DNA of 63,701 nt, filler included, from Lama guanicoe (Eukaryota): the NCBI GenBank assembly GCA_013239625.1. It is 209 parts of 209 records of this genome, joined end to end, with 100 filler letters (N's around TTAATTAATTAA, not from the genome) between each part and the next. Parts side by side here need not be neighbours in the genome. Positions count along the whole stretch, not along the records: positions 48,813 to 49,017 come from PNXV01033486.1; positions 49,118 to 49,323 come from PNXV01033487.1; positions 49,424 to 49,627 come from PNXV01033488.1; positions 49,728 to 49,933 come from PNXV01033489.1; positions 50,034 to 50,239 come from PNXV01033490.1; positions 50,340 to 50,545 come from PNXV01033491.1; positions 50,646 to 50,851 come from PNXV01033492.1; positions 50,952 to 51,157 come from PNXV01033493.1; 201 more parts are not named here. One strand, given 5' to 3'. Positions within the stretch are counted from its first letter, which is position 1, and each line of letters begins with the position of its first letter. Made by a program: the position numbers and the translations under genes. The notes beneath the pieces were generated by a model. The model searched no databases and was not told the DNA's origin. It saw only the letters and a list, made by a program, of their open reading frames with translations. Below, one piece after another: positions 48,867-61,254 of this stretch.

Positions 48867-49017
48867 CAAACAAGGTCCTACTGTATAGCACAGGGAAGTA
48901 TATTCAATACCTTGTGACGGTCTATAATAAGAAAGAATATGAAAAGGAATACACATACATATGTGTGTGTGTATATATACATATATGTATATGTATGTGT
49001 GTGTGTATATATATATA
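48867..49017 (+). mobile_element. LINE-1 3' UTR with (TA)/(TG) microsatellite
   Basis: AAACAAGGTCCTACTGTATAGCACAGGGAAGTATATTCAATACCTTGTG. Confidence 0.9.
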
Positions 49018-49423
49018 NNNNNNNNNNNNNNNNNNNNNNNNNNNNNNNNNNNNNNNNNNNNTTAATTAATTAANNNNNNNNNNNNNNNNNNNNNNNNNNN
49101 NNNNNNNNNNNNNNNNNAGGTTGAATTAGAAGCTCTCCAAGTCTCCCTTGAGCACTGCCATTTTGCGCGTCTACGACAGAGCAAGTGGATGAGGGAGGAG
49201 GGAGGGCAGTTTTCCTGAAACCTTTCTCAAGGCCGCTGTCGGAGGGATGAGACAGGACCCTCTTCAGGCTCGCTGCCTGCCACAGCCTCAGGACCACGTT
49301 CCCAGGAAGCCGGGGAGATCAGCNNNNNNNNNNNNNNNNNNNNNNNNNNNNNNNNNNNNNNNNNNNNTTAATTAATTAANNNNNNNNNNNNNNNNNNNNN
49401 NNNNNNNNNNNNNNNNNNNNNNN

Positions 49424-49505
49424 GCGGGGTCCCGGGGCGCCCCGCGGCCGCGGGCGGCGGGGGCGGGAGCGGGAGGGCCGGCCCCGGGGTGAGGGGTGCA
49501 GGCAG
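49424..49505. promoter_or_regulatory. CpG-island-like segment with GC box
   Basis: Very GC- and CpG-rich, GGGGCGGG, NotI site. Confidence 0.6.
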
Positions 49506-49589
49506 ACTCTCCGGAATAACAAGTTGCAGAAGAAGAAGAATAAGCGGAATTTCCCCAACGCTGCTCCGGCCACCCAAGACAAATGCACC

Positions 49590-49590
<1 letters not shown>

Positions 49591-49627
<37 letters not shown>
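49591..49627. repeat. (CA)n microsatellite, cut by contig end
   Basis: About 18 CA units. Confidence 0.97.
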
Positions 49628-50033
49628 NNNNNNNNNNNNNNNNNNNNNNNNNNNNNNNNNNNNNNNNNNNNTTAATTAATTAANNNNNNNNNNNNNNNNN
49701 NNNNNNNNNNNNNNNNNNNNNNNNNNNCCTCAGAATAAGTGGGCTTTTCCAAGCACCCTCCACCTGTTGCAAAGGCCTCCCAGCAGGAAGGTGGGCTGTG
49801 AGGGGCAGCACTGCACTCACCACTGTAACAAGAAGAAAGCCAAGGGCCACTGAGAGGAGTGCCTTTCCAGTGTCACTGCTCAGATTCCCAACTTTTGGGA
49901 GACTGGAGGCTTTTCTGCTATATTCTGGACCTGNNNNNNNNNNNNNNNNNNNNNNNNNNNNNNNNNNNNNNNNNNNNTTAATTAATTAANNNNNNNNNNN
50001 NNNNNNNNNNNNNNNNNNNNNNNNNNNNNNNNN

Positions 50034-50239
50034 TTTGTTTTCTGAGCCTGTTTCTGTTTTGTGAATAAGTTCATTTTTGCCACTTTTTAGATTCCACATA
50101 TAAGTGAGATCATACGATATTTGTCTTTGTCTCTCTGACTTACTTCACTTAGCATGACAACCTCCATGTCGATCCATGTAGCTGCAAATCGCATTATTTC
50201 CTTTTTTATGCTGAGTAGTATTCCATGGTGGGTGTGTGT
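50034..50239 (-). mobile_element. LINE-1 3' region
   Basis: TTTTAGATTCCACATATAAGTGAGATCATAC...TGACTTACTTCACTTAGCATGA. Confidence 0.92.
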
Positions 50240-51563
50240 NNNNNNNNNNNNNNNNNNNNNNNNNNNNNNNNNNNNNNNNNNNNTTAATTAATTAANNNNN
50301 NNNNNNNNNNNNNNNNNNNNNNNNNNNNNNNNNNNNNNNGCCCTAGAAATTGTTCACACAGTTACGTTTCAGTACAGTTCACTATATCCCACATCAGTTA
50401 GGACCACAGTCTCCCTCTACACCAACTTCTCCTCCATCACGCTCCACCTCAGGCCATGTGACGTTGGCTTGGCCACAGGTGTCCAGGGAGCTGGCTAAGG
50501 GAAGGTTGGGTCAGTGGCTCCTGCAGTGTGGACTCACCTGGCATCNNNNNNNNNNNNNNNNNNNNNNNNNNNNNNNNNNNNNNNNNNNNTTAATTAATTA
50601 ANNNNNNNNNNNNNNNNNNNNNNNNNNNNNNNNNNNNNNNNNNNNCCGAGGCCGAGCTGGATTTGCCATTTCAGCTGGTCAGCGCTGTCAAGAGCGCCCC
50701 TGTTTCCTCCCCACAGATGGGTTGCTCATTCCAGCCTCTGCTCTCGGCCCCCGGGGGTGTTGACGTCAGGACTGGGCTGTGCCAAGTGCTTCCCAGCCTG
50801 GCTCGGATGTGGATGTGCAGGTCGGTGAGATCATTTACCTGATCCAATTCANNNNNNNNNNNNNNNNNNNNNNNNNNNNNNNNNNNNNNNNNNNNTTAAT
50901 TAATTAANNNNNNNNNNNNNNNNNNNNNNNNNNNNNNNNNNNNNNNNNNNNTCAGTGTGCGAATTTCCTCCCCCCTGGGTCTAGGCATGCTCTTGGTAAA
51001 GTGTATGTTTGTTATCAGCGAGGGACGGCCTAGCACAATGAGAGAGCAGGAACAGGACAGAGAGAGAAGTCTCGTTCTCGAGAGGGGGATCTCAGGAGGG
51101 ACGCAGCGGGGGGCCACGCCCCGAGGAGAAGGATGTCCCTGTCCCTCGTCTGAACGANNNNNNNNNNNNNNNNNNNNNNNNNNNNNNNNNNNNNNNNNNN
51201 NTTAATTAATTAANNNNNNNNNNNNNNNNNNNNNNNNNNNNNNNNNNNNNNNNNNNNTGGGCAATGTGTTCATGCAGCTGCTTTGGTACAGGGAGCAAGT
51301 TACTGCAGGAGCCCACAGAGCCTCCCTCATCTCTCTGGACAGGTGCAGGGTGAGGCTGGGCTGGGGCTTGGGGATAGATGGTTTTTTCCAGCCTCTGATC
51401 CCACCACCTCCCACAGGTCAGGATGAGGCATCAGCAAGAACAGCTGGACAGCCAGAGGGTGTGNNNNNNNNNNNNNNNNNNNNNNNNNNNNNNNNNNNNN
51501 NNNNNNNTTAATTAATTAANNNNNNNNNNNNNNNNNNNNNNNNNNNNNNNNNNNNNNNNNNNN

Positions 51564-51769
51564 GCTTTTGCACAGCAAAGGAAACCATCCACAAAATGAA
51601 AGGACAACCCACTGAATGGGACAAAATATTTGCAAATGATACAGCCAATAATGAGTTAATCTCCAACATATATAAACAGCTCATAAAACACAACATCAGA
51701 AAAACAACCTGACTGAAAAGTGGAAAGAAGACCTGTATAGACATTTTTTCCAAAGAAGACATGCATATG
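51564..51769 (+). mobile_element. LINE-1 ORF2 fragment
   Basis: FCTAKETIHKMKGQPTEWDKIFANDTANNELISNIYKQL. Confidence 0.95.
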
Positions 51770-52175
51770 NNNNNNNNNNNNNNNNNNNNNNNNNNNNNNN
51801 NNNNNNNNNNNNNTTAATTAATTAANNNNNNNNNNNNNNNNNNNNNNNNNNNNNNNNNNNNNNNNNNNNTTGGTCTCTGCTTTGTTGACTGGTGGAGGAG
51901 GGGCTGTGGGAGAAGAGTTGTGGGAGGGGAGCTGCTCTTGACCGAGAAGCCTGCAAGGCCACAGCTCCCAGGGCAGAACATGGACCTCCTGGCTGCCCCG
52001 CCTGGAGACCCATCTCTGCTTCCTGAGACTGTGGTCAGTTCCCTGGGCCAGCCCATCGCCTTCACATCTTTAGGGNNNNNNNNNNNNNNNNNNNNNNNNN
52101 NNNNNNNNNNNNNNNNNNNTTAATTAATTAANNNNNNNNNNNNNNNNNNNNNNNNNNNNNNNNNNNNNNNNNNNN

Positions 52176-52381
52176 TCTTACGTGTTAGCGTAAGAAATTA
52201 CCGAGCCCAGAAAAACAAAACACCCGCAACTCGCAGCCTCTCTCCCACCTCTTGAGATGTCCTGCACTCTGTCTGTGGAGTGTGTATCTCCCTAAATTAA
52301 CTTGTCTTCACTGTAAACTGGCTCACTCTTGGATTCTTTCCTGCGTGAAGCCAAGGACCCTCACTTGATGGGGCACATCCC
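52176..52381 (+). mobile_element. Probable ERV LTR R/U5 fragment
   Basis: GGAGTGTGTATCTC...GGCTCACTCTTGGATTCTTTCCTGCGTGAAGCCAAGGACCC. Confidence 0.65.
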
Positions 52382-52481
52382 NNNNNNNNNNNNNNNNNNN
52401 NNNNNNNNNNNNNNNNNNNNNNNNNTTAATTAATTAANNNNNNNNNNNNNNNNNNNNNNNNNNNNNNNNNNNNNNNNNNNN

Positions 52482-52687
52482 CCATGCAGCTCTGTGAGGT
52501 TGCCAATTTCCTGCTGGTTTTCAGCTGGAGGCTCTTCTCAGCAACTAGAGCTCACCCTCAGGTCCTTGCCTGAGGTCACCTCCTCTCATGAAATGGCAGT
52601 TCCTTTAGCCTTTGAAGCCAGCAGGGGTTCTAATTTCAGAGGACTCACCTGATCATGCCTGGCCTACTGAGGGTGAGCTCCCTTTTG
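52482..52687 (-). mobile_element. MaLR (MLT1-type) LTR fragment
   Basis: CAGCTGGAGGCTCTTCTCAGCAACTAGAG...TCAGGTCCTTGCC. Confidence 0.65.
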
Positions 52688-52787
52688 NNNNNNNNNNNNN
52701 NNNNNNNNNNNNNNNNNNNNNNNNNNNNNNNTTAATTAATTAANNNNNNNNNNNNNNNNNNNNNNNNNNNNNNNNNNNNNNNNNNNN

Positions 52788-52993
52788 GAAATATTGGTAG
52801 ACATGAAGTAATTAATTCATTATAAAACAATAATAGAAGATGAATTTAACACCTCATTATTCTGATGGCCATATCATCTGGAAAGAATATCTGTAAGGGA
52901 ACAGAGGTCTTAATGACTTATTAGATAATTTGAATCAAAATTAGCTATTGGACACTGCATTAGAAAAGGAGAACACAAAAGCTTCTCAAGTGT
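52788..52993 (+). mobile_element. LINE-1 endonuclease fragment, degenerate
   Basis: TIIEDEFNTSL (GDFNTPL-like) motif. Confidence 0.7.
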
Positions 52994-53093
52994 NNNNNNN
53001 NNNNNNNNNNNNNNNNNNNNNNNNNNNNNNNNNNNNNTTAATTAATTAANNNNNNNNNNNNNNNNNNNNNNNNNNNNNNNNNNNNNNNNNNNN

Positions 53094-53298
53094 TATACAG
53101 TATAATCTTGTTTATCTATTCTACATTTTAAAATCCAAGTCTGTCCCTTCTCACCCCTCACCCACTTGGCAACCACAAATTTGTATTCTATGTCTGTGAG
53201 TCTGTTCCTGTTTTGTATTTATGCTCTTTCTTTTTCTTTTTTAGATTCCACACATGAGCGATCTCATATGGTGTTTTTCTTTCTCTTTCTGGCTTACT
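53094..53298 (-). mobile_element. LINE-1 3' UTR
   Basis: GGCAACCACAAATTTGTATTCTATGTCTGTGAGTCTG...TTAGATTCCACACATGAGCGAT. Confidence 0.9.
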
Positions 53299-53705
53299 NN
53301 NNNNNNNNNNNNNNNNNNNNNNNNNNNNNNNNNNNNNNNNNNTTAATTAATTAANNNNNNNNNNNNNNNNNNNNNNNNNNNNNNNNNNNNNNNNNNNNCC
53401 ACACTCTAGTGTCCAGTGTGCGGTGGAGGCTGAAAGGGCACTTGCTCGGGACTGGCACCTGGGACTGAGGCCCCTAGGGCAGCTGGGGACTCCCAGGGAC
53501 TTCCTGTATGCCTGTGGGTGCAGACCAGCTGCTCCCCTCAACCTGAAATGGGAGGTGCTAAGGCAGGGGCCTCTGGACTGTCTGGCCTTTCTCCCACCAG
53601 TGGCNNNNNNNNNNNNNNNNNNNNNNNNNNNNNNNNNNNNNNNNNNNNTTAATTAATTAANNNNNNNNNNNNNNNNNNNNNNNNNNNNNNNNNNNNNNNN
53701 NNNNA

Positions 53706-53909
53706 TCTTCCCTTTGTGGATGGGACTCTCAGGACAGCACAGGTGATAAGGATATATGATACCAGAATGCAGATAAATGGGGTGATCATGATCAGAGCAC
53801 CCTCAGTCAGAATCATCATCTGATTGATGCGTGTGTCTGAGCAGGAGAGTTTCAGGAGGGGGGTCACATCACAGAAGAAGTGGGGGATGGTGTTGTCTGC
53901 ACAGAACGA
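53706..53909 (-). CDS. Olfactory receptor internal fragment (ECL2-TM5-ICL3; OR1F-like)
   Basis: SFCADNTIPHFFCDVTPLLKLSCSDTRINQMMILTEGALIMITPFICILVSYILITCAVLRVPSTKGR, open throughout. Confidence 0.95.
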
Positions 53910-56152
53910 GNNNNNNNNNNNNNNNNNNNNNNNNNNNNNNNNNNNNNNNNNNNNTTAATTAATTAANNNNNNNNNNNNNNNNNNNNNNNNNNNNNNNNNN
54001 NNNNNNNNNNTTTTGTTTCAAGAATAACTGCAATGGAAAAATAATCTAATTTGCTAATTCCTAAAGCAACACAGAGACCAAGTTCCATTCTACCCACCTT
54101 TATTCATCTTATCCATGGGTCCTAAGCTCTTTCCCTACCTCATTTCCAAGTTACTATCTTTAATATAGTACTGGGGATTAGAACTTGGATATGTAGAATC
54201 AGACAGCAGCTTGTGTNNNNNNNNNNNNNNNNNNNNNNNNNNNNNNNNNNNNNNNNNNNNTTAATTAATTAANNNNNNNNNNNNNNNNNNNNNNNNNNNN
54301 NNNNNNNNNNNNNNNNGGTTGAAAATCAGACTTGCAATAGTGCCACGACTGCCCAAAGGCTTCACTTGTAAGTGTGTCCTGCTGCAATGATGAGGGAGGC
54401 CATCGGCCATATACAGGGACCTTTACCTTTTCAAACCGCTCAAGAATTATGTGCACCTCAGCCATTCGTTCCCTTCTGCTCTGGGTTCTTATGAGATCGC
54501 CTGGAAGAATCTTAAACACCTTNNNNNNNNNNNNNNNNNNNNNNNNNNNNNNNNNNNNNNNNNNNNTTAATTAATTAANNNNNNNNNNNNNNNNNNNNNN
54601 NNNNNNNNNNNNNNNNNNNNNNAAAAATGTTCTGAGATTATACTTTACCACTGGAGTTACATGAAGTTATACGATTCATGGTTAGGCTATTTATTCACTT
54701 AGAAAGCAAAAGAATTACATCATGGGGTCAAAAAGTTCCTGAAAAATTTTTTTTAAACTAGAAAAAAAGAAACCCAATATGTATTGAGCCTTTACTCCAT
54801 ACTAGTCACATTGTCTGTTCTTTTATTTNNNNNNNNNNNNNNNNNNNNNNNNNNNNNNNNNNNNNNNNNNNNTTAATTAATTAANNNNNNNNNNNNNNNN
54901 NNNNNNNNNNNNNNNNNNNNNNNNNNNNATGGAAACTTGAGTCCTCTTCACCCTTCTCTTCCTGAGCCACTTAACATAAGATTCATCCTCTAATTCCTAC
55001 TGAGAAAATCTCAGAGCAGGTGACTAGATGTGAAGAAACAGTCGGGCCCTAGGAGAATCCCCTAGACCAGAAAGCTTCCTTGTGATACATTTAAAATATT
55101 TCCATGCTAACATCTGGCTTTTTTGATACAATGTNNNNNNNNNNNNNNNNNNNNNNNNNNNNNNNNNNNNNNNNNNNNTTAATTAATTAANNNNNNNNNN
55201 NNNNNNNNNNNNNNNNNNNNNNNNNNNNNNNNNNTGCTAGCATCTGATGTTGCTAGTATTTTAGATTTTGGCACATTGAAATTTTGAAAAAAATGTAATT
55301 TATTTAAACTAATTCATGTAACCTTAATCAAGCTAAATCCTCACACAACTAAATGGTAGTGAAAACCTTGAGGAGATAATGTTAATAAAACTACTCAACT
55401 ATTTGATGCATAAACACACATTAATAATTATGATCTTATANNNNNNNNNNNNNNNNNNNNNNNNNNNNNNNNNNNNNNNNNNNNTTAATTAATTAANNNN
55501 NNNNNNNNNNNNNNNNNNNNNNNNNNNNNNNNNNNNNNNNGCAAAAAAACATGAACAGGGAATCAGCAAACCAACAATAATTAACTCAGGTTTACAAGTT
55601 AGCCCAGAAGAACCCAGATCAGTAATCCAACACTTGTTACACTAAGATTTGTGAGTTAGCTTGTTAGCCGAACTGGGCTTTTCTTTCACAAAACCACAGT
55701 AAGTGTTTCTCCTGCAACCCATTCCCTTTGTGCTAGATGAACGAACNNNNNNNNNNNNNNNNNNNNNNNNNNNNNNNNNNNNNNNNNNNNTTAATTAATT
55801 AANNNNNNNNNNNNNNNNNNNNNNNNNNNNNNNNNNNNNNNNNNNNTGCTAGCATCTGATGTTGCTAGTATTTTAGATTTTGGCACATTGAAATTCTGAA
55901 AAAAATGTAATTTATTTAAACTAATTCATGTATCCTTAATCAAGCTAAATCCTCACACAATTAAATGGTAGTGAAAACCTTGAGGAGATAATGTTAATAA
56001 AATTACTCAACTATTTGATGCATAAACACACATTAATAATTATGATCTTATANNNNNNNNNNNNNNNNNNNNNNNNNNNNNNNNNNNNNNNNNNNNTTAA
56101 TTAATTAANNNNNNNNNNNNNNNNNNNNNNNNNNNNNNNNNNNNNNNNNNNN

Positions 56153-56358
56153 ATCTTGGACAGACACATAAAGAAGGAAGATGATGTGAAGACATAGAAA
56201 GTGGCCACCTACAAGCCAAGGAGAGAGACTGGAACAGATTCTTCCCTCACAGTTCGCAGAAGAAACCAACCCCGCTGACATCATGAACTCAGACCTCTGA
56301 CCTCCAGAGCTGTGAGATAATAAATTTTTGTTGTTTAAGCCATTTGTAGTAGTTTGTT
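56153..56358 (+). mobile_element. MaLR (MLT1-type) LTR
   Basis: GCCACCTACAAGCCAAGGAGAGAG...GAACAGATTCTTCCCTCACAG...CCTCCAGAGCTGTGAGATAATAAATTT. Confidence 0.9.
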
Positions 56359-57376
56359 NNNNNNNNNNNNNNNNNNNNNNNNNNNNNNNNNNNNNNNNNN
56401 NNTTAATTAATTAANNNNNNNNNNNNNNNNNNNNNNNNNNNNNNNNNNNNNNNNNNNNAGAAAGTTCCTTTGTTAGACATTCATTTATGTAGTCAGCAGT
56501 GATGTACCTGGCATGGAAATCTCTAGGTTAGAGTCTATGAGAGGCTATGAAGATACCAATCGTATATCGTGCCTCAGTGGGCTTATTGTCTTTGAGAAAC
56601 AACTTGTACAGAGTCGAACATCATATGAGTGGCACAGATAGACTTCGGTATGAAAGTATGACTTNNNNNNNNNNNNNNNNNNNNNNNNNNNNNNNNNNNN
56701 NNNNNNNNTTAATTAATTAANNNNNNNNNNNNNNNNNNNNNNNNNNNNNNNNNNNNNNNNNNNNTCACTTAGAGTAACCCCCGCCGCTCATTCGCCGCTC
56801 AGTTCAGGTCTCCGGGGTGGACAGCGACTTGAAGGCTCGAACGGGCGAAGGGCTCCCTGACCGGGGGAAGCGGCTTCCTTCCAGGTCACTCGGCCAACAT
56901 TCAGGGGTTAGGCAGGTAGATAGTGGGGGCGCCAGGCAGATAGGGGACGAGAGGGGGGATGGTCCACAGGNNNNNNNNNNNNNNNNNNNNNNNNNNNNNN
57001 NNNNNNNNNNNNNNTTAATTAATTAANNNNNNNNNNNNNNNNNNNNNNNNNNNNNNNNNNNNNNNNNNNNCTGTCTTCTTTGAATGTCCTCAAATGACTT
57101 GGGTATCATAGAATGAGTTGGGAAATGTCCTAGAATTGCTGTTGCTTTTCTATCTGGTTAGAATTTACAGATGAAGACTCTTAGTCCTGGAGTTGTCCTT
57201 ATGGGAAGATTTTTAATTATAAATTCACTTTATTTAAAATAATTTTTCAAACTCTTCTAATTTCTATTCCTATCTTNNNNNNNNNNNNNNNNNNNNNNNN
57301 NNNNNNNNNNNNNNNNNNNNTTAATTAATTAANNNNNNNNNNNNNNNNNNNNNNNNNNNNNNNNNNNNNNNNNNNN

Positions 57377-57582
57377 GATGTGGTAACTCATTGTGGTTTT
57401 GATTTGCATTTCCCTCATAACTAATTATGTTGAGCATATTTTCATGTGCTTGTTGGCTATTTGCATATTTTCTTCGAGAAATGTTGATTTAAGTCCGTTG
57501 TCCATTTTTAAACTGGGTTACTTGTCTTTTAGTTGTTGAGCTGTCAGAGTTTTTATATATTCTGAATATTAGACCTTTATCC
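57377..57582 (-). mobile_element. LINE-1 ORF2 fragment
   Basis: CTCATTGTGGTTTTGATTTGCATTTCCCT...GTTGAGCATATTTTCATGTGCTTGTTGGC. Confidence 0.93.
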
Positions 57583-57682
57583 NNNNNNNNNNNNNNNNNN
57601 NNNNNNNNNNNNNNNNNNNNNNNNNNTTAATTAATTAANNNNNNNNNNNNNNNNNNNNNNNNNNNNNNNNNNNNNNNNNNNN

Positions 57683-57888
57683 AGAGTTAGGGCCTTTCTC
57701 TGGATTAGGCTTTGGCTTAAGGAAATGTTGTCATTGATTTGATCTTCTATCTAGACCATTAAAACTTCCTTCATATTAGTAGTAAGCCTGTTTCTCTTTC
57801 TTATGATATAAATTTTTAATGGAGTAACACTTTTAATTCCCTTCAAGAACTTGTCTTTGCATTTGCAACTTGGCTAACTGGCACCAAG
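57683..57888 (-). mobile_element. Tigger1 transposase fragment
   Basis: AGAGTTAGGGCC...TCTGGATTAGGCTTTGGCTTAAGG...TTTTAATTCCCTTCAAGAAC. Confidence 0.88.
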
Positions 57889-59824
57889 NNNNNNNNNNNN
57901 NNNNNNNNNNNNNNNNNNNNNNNNNNNNNNNNTTAATTAATTAANNNNNNNNNNNNNNNNNNNNNNNNNNNNNNNNNNNNNNNNNNNNCTTCTCACTGCT
58001 CTCCTGAGTGTGTGATTGCTGTTAACCTCACCAAGAACGGCGGCTGCAGACTCCACTTTCTTGCACCGCATTGTGGCTCTTACAGCAGGCAGGGAGCCAG
58101 GAGGCACCCAGACCATCTTGTCCGTTTAGATTCTGGGCTTATGGGTAAGATCTTGTTTGCTAGAGGGGAGCACTAAGGGGGGCTCTTCTGTGACNNNNNN
58201 NNNNNNNNNNNNNNNNNNNNNNNNNNNNNNNNNNNNNNTTAATTAATTAANNNNNNNNNNNNNNNNNNNNNNNNNNNNNNNNNNNNNNNNNNNNTAACTC
58301 TGAAAAGAAAGTTTCAATGAACAACCCCTGAGTCACAAATTGCAAATGATACTCCGTTTAGAATAAACTATGAAAATATTTCATACAAATTATTTCATTT
58401 GCCTTCAAAAAGTTTTCCTGGCCACTGAGTTTATGCCAGGATTTCATTGATTCATTAGTTCAGCCACTCAGCATGGACTGATTATGGACTCACTGGGCTT
58501 NNNNNNNNNNNNNNNNNNNNNNNNNNNNNNNNNNNNNNNNNNNNTTAATTAATTAANNNNNNNNNNNNNNNNNNNNNNNNNNNNNNNNNNNNNNNNNNNN
58601 TTGTCCAGCTCTAACCTCTGCCCATCTCTCAGGACAGAGAGGAAGGAGGACCTGAGGTGTGGGTGGGCAGAGGGGCCGCAGTAGAAGGGGGCTGAGGCCA
58701 TCCCCCCACCCCCGCTCTTGGCCTGCAGACCTAGACTTGGGCTCCAGCAAACCAGCTAGGGGCCATTCTGCTGCACCCGGTCCTCAGCAGAGACAGCGAT
58801 CACCCCNNNNNNNNNNNNNNNNNNNNNNNNNNNNNNNNNNNNNNNNNNNNTTAATTAATTAANNNNNNNNNNNNNNNNNNNNNNNNNNNNNNNNNNNNNN
58901 NNNNNNAAGTAGAATTCAGCAAACAAGAAGATCAAACAGGAAGCTCAGAAAAAAGATATAAAACAGTCAAAAAATTTAGAAGTGGAATTGACTGAAGTAG
59001 ATATTAATTGCTAGATCCTTGGAAGAAGACGTCATCTGTGGAGATAGTGTTGGAAATAGACCGTGCCTCCACTGAAAGAGAATTCTGTATTCAACAAAGC
59101 TCTGGGAACCTANNNNNNNNNNNNNNNNNNNNNNNNNNNNNNNNNNNNNNNNNNNNTTAATTAATTAANNNNNNNNNNNNNNNNNNNNNNNNNNNNNNNN
59201 NNNNNNNNNNNNAAGTAGAATTCAGCAAACAAGAAGATCAAACAGGAAGCTCAGAAAAAAGTTATAAAACAGTCAAAAAATTTAGACGTGGAATTGACTG
59301 AAGTAGTTATTAATTGCTAGATCCTTGGAAGTAGACGTCATCTGTGGAGATAGTGTTGGAAATAGACCATGCCTCCACTGAAAGAGAATTCTGTATTCAA
59401 CAAAGCTCTGGGAACCTANNNNNNNNNNNNNNNNNNNNNNNNNNNNNNNNNNNNNNNNNNNNTTAATTAATTAANNNNNNNNNNNNNNNNNNNNNNNNNN
59501 NNNNNNNNNNNNNNNNNNGGACAGGCCTAGGGAGAACGCTCTCTGGCTGGGGAGTCAGCACAACAGGGAGCACAGAGAACCTGGCAGACCACAGGGCCCC
59601 TGCTGGGGGAGGGGCTGTCCGCCAATTTGAGCCCTGGTGGCTGCTTCTGTCCCTTAGCTGGGGCCTCAGATCTCCCTTTGTTACGGAAATGACAGGCCAG
59701 CCAAGAAACAAGCACCACTCGGAGNNNNNNNNNNNNNNNNNNNNNNNNNNNNNNNNNNNNNNNNNNNNTTAATTAATTAANNNNNNNNNNNNNNNNNNNN
59801 NNNNNNNNNNNNNNNNNNNNNNNN

Positions 59825-60030
59825 ATGGCTGAGAGGTTACGTCAGGTAATGTCTTACCTGTTTTCTTTTAAGAGATTTACAGTGTCTTGTCTGCACGTTT
59901 AAGTCTTTAAACCACCTCGAATCTATTTCTGTGAATGGTCTGAGGGAGTATTCTGACTTCATTGATTTATATGCAGCTGTTCAATTTTTGCTACATCTTT
60001 TGCTGAAGAGACTGTCTTTACTCACTGTGT
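59825..60030 (-). mobile_element. LINE-1 ORF2 fragment
   Basis: ACTTCATTGATTTATATGCAGCTGTTCAATTTT...TTTGCTGAAGAGACTGTCTTT. Confidence 0.85.
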
Positions 60031-60438
60031 NNNNNNNNNNNNNNNNNNNNNNNNNNNNNNNNNNNNNNNNNNNNTTAATTAATTAANNNNNNNNNNNNNN
60101 NNNNNNNNNNNNNNNNNNNNNNNNNNNNNNATTCTTTGACTGAAGTTTTCCTACAGACAAGAGGCAGGTGGAGGACATGGGGGATGGGGGTGTCTGTCCT
60201 GGGAAGGCCCCAGAGGGTGAAGGTCCTACCCCATTTCAATGTGAATTCAAGTAGCAGGGGCCAGGGAAGGCTGGAGCTGGGAAAATTTAAAGAACTGTTA
60301 TTATTGCCCCAGAGAGGACTGTTGCCAAGTGCTTTCNNNNNNNNNNNNNNNNNNNNNNNNNNNNNNNNNNNNNNNNNNNNTTAATTAATTAANNNNNNNN
60401 NNNNNNNNNNNNNNNNNNNNNNNNNNNNNNNNNNNNAA

Positions 60439-60642
60439 CTTATTTTCATTTAAATAAAGTTTTGAAGATGACTGGCAACCATACTTTGCCGAACCAGACT
60501 TGGAGTAAGATGGAAAAACATTTTCAAGACTGGGTTCTTCGTGTTGAGGGAGCGCCTGGGATCCTGCAGAGACAGAGGCTCCAGGCGCATCTTTTCCCTC
60601 AGAATCGCATATATTATTTGTCATATTGGAAGGTAGTTCCTT
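60439..60642 (-). CDS. CCDC144/ANKRD26-family exon fragment
   Basis: 68 open codons KELPSNMTNNICDSEGKDAPGASVSAGSQALPQHEEPSLENVFPSYSKSGSAKYGCQSSSKLYLNENK, similar to recalled CCDC144A CEEEDASEISVSV...EQKEPSLKNI...CQSSSKFHLHENK. Confidence 0.72.
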
Positions 60643-60759
60643 NNNNNNNNNNNNNNNNNNNNNNNNNNNNNNNNNNNNNNNNNNNNTTAATTAATTAANN
60701 NNNNNNNNNNNNNNNNNNNNNNNNNNNNNNNNNNNNNNNNNNGCTTGTGACAAGTGCTG

Positions 60760-60880
60760 ACTCCTGGTTCCACAAAAGATAATCAAATACAAAATTCTGG
60801 GATGTAGCCCAGGAATCTGTGTTTTAACAGGCTTCCTCAGTTGATTCATATATAGATTAGAGGTTGAGCACCTCTAACTG
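60760..60880. mobile_element. MER5A-like hAT-Charlie fragment
   Basis: GCCCAGGAATCTGTGTTTTAACAGGCTTCC...TGATTC. Confidence 0.7.
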
Positions 60881-61048
60881 TACCAATGCACTAGAAAACC
60901 TGTTGACAATTGTTGCAGTAAATGTGCCCCCTGCTCTCATTAGGGTATNNNNNNNNNNNNNNNNNNNNNNNNNNNNNNNNNNNNNNNNNNNNTTAATTAA
61001 TTAANNNNNNNNNNNNNNNNNNNNNNNNNNNNNNNNNNNNNNNNNNNN

Positions 61049-61254
61049 CGACGCTTTCTTGTCCGGACGACGCTTCCCGCTCGCAGGAGATGTGCCGTTT
61101 AAAACGGCGGGGACGCGCGGAGGAGGCCGGGTTCGGCGGCACCGAGGCGGGTGGGCGCGAGGCACGCACCCCCGGCCCCCGGGCTCTGCGCTCACCCTAA
61201 CCGCCCGCCGCGCCCGGAGCCCCCGCGCCGGCGCCCGCGGCCGCGGCCCGGGCG
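61049..61254. promoter_or_regulatory. CpG island fragment
   Basis: Extremely GC- and CpG-rich, with no CpG depletion. Confidence 0.7.

Noticed and set aside
49368..49683. CV- and TH-repeat proteins
   Set aside because: Translations of the (CA)n microsatellite.
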